A DNA stretch of 64,000 nt, taken from assembly GCF_018977255.1 (NCBI RefSeq), contig NW_024704749.1, positions 22,134,001 to 22,198,000 of the forward strand. Reading direction: 5' to 3'. The stretch comes from Callorhinchus milii. Its lineage: Eukaryota. Shown here piece after piece: positions 63,426-64,000 of this stretch. Made by a program: the position numbers and the translations under genes. Within the stretch, counting starts at the first letter, position 1. The number at the start of each line of letters is the position of its first letter. The notes below the pieces were generated by a model. The model was not told the DNA's origin. It worked only from the letters and a program-made list of their open reading frames with translations, and searched no databases.

Positions 63426-63742
63426 TTACAAAATACCTTGCGAGCTTAGGCCGTTTACAAATTGTCTGTTCCTCGCTGGAGGTAAAGGCGATGCTGGCGC
63501 GGTTTTGGTCGTGCCGCGGTTGATTGGCGAGCGGATGGCAGGGTCTGAGCGCGCTCCCTCAGGGTGGCTTGTGACCGGCTCGGTGATCCCGCACACAGAC
63601 CCCAGACGCTTCTCGTCCGTGGCTTCCAGCTGAGCCTGGCAAAAGTCAACCAGTGCCTGTACCTGAGCACACAGCGGCAACGACCTGTACTTCCTCTCCG
63701 CCAGGTACAGAAAGGCATCCATGAAAGCCTGTAAACACATAC
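63426..63742 (-). CDS. TTLL11: TTLL11 (tubulin polyglutamylase) last coding exon (GMCLQAFMDAFLYLAERKYRSLPLCAQVQALVDFC...DEKRL...)
   Basis: Minus-strand ttgcag|gt acceptor, 317 nt to TAA. Peptide resembles recalled TTLL11 C-terminus (GMCLQAFVEAFFFLAQRKF...LDEKRL). Convergent to DAB2IP as in mammals. Confidence 0.9.
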
Positions 63743-64000
63743 CTGCAACAGCACAGCATCCATCACCTACACAGCATCAGCTCACTCACCCCACTCATCC
63801 CCTCATATCCCTGCCCCAGCAATACAGCCTCGCGTTTATATGAGATTCCAGTCTCAGCGACCTTTCCTCATCGGACTCATCAGGACACTGAAGATTAATG
63901 ATCTGAGGATTAGACCTTGCTACATTTATTTATATTTATATTTATATCAAAACTTCTGCCATTTGACGGAAGAACTATATCCTCTCACAATAATAATTCT

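Noticed and set aside
63220-63633. 137-aa plus-strand ORF
   Set aside because: Antisense to the TTLL11 exon, non-ATG start, no recognisable domain.
63863-63883. Minus-strand CUGAUGAGUCCGAUGAGGAAAG resembling a hammerhead core
   Set aside because: Stem II cannot close ahead of a GAAA and no stems I/III are supported; likely chance.
1-64000. CRISPR array or prokaryotic operon-type system
   Set aside because: Sequence is a spliced vertebrate locus; recurring motifs are dispersed SINE/LINE tails in both orientations, not regularly spaced repeats.

Overview
Vertebrate genomic DNA, most consistent with a cartilaginous fish (probably a chimaera/elephant-shark-like genome; inferred from the tRNA-headed Deu-domain SINE, L2 and CR1 repeats and compact introns). 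The + strand carries the 3' part of DAB2IP (Ras-GAP; PH/C2/GAP/coiled-coil). I traced 12 coding exons from 21880 to the stop at 52540 with consistent GT-AG sites and phases, followed by a ~3.6 kb 3'UTR ending near ATTAAA at 56127. Upstream exons lie outside the window. The last coding exon of TTLL11 lies on the - strand (63426-63742), convergent with DAB2IP as in mammals. Introns hold roughly 30 DeuSINE copies plus L2 and CR1 fragments. Most notable observations: (1) a 105-bp intronic palindrome made of two inverted Penelope-type minimal hammerhead ribozyme motifs (50962-51066); (2) apparent absence of the family-conserved 'DRTAAWLL' exon; (3) direct repeats bracketing a GAP exon; (4) a candidate alternative C-terminal splice; (5) covarying and chimeric SINE/LINE 3' stem-loops. 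Protein and repeat-family identifications are from recalled sequences, not database searches; repeat boundaries are approximate.
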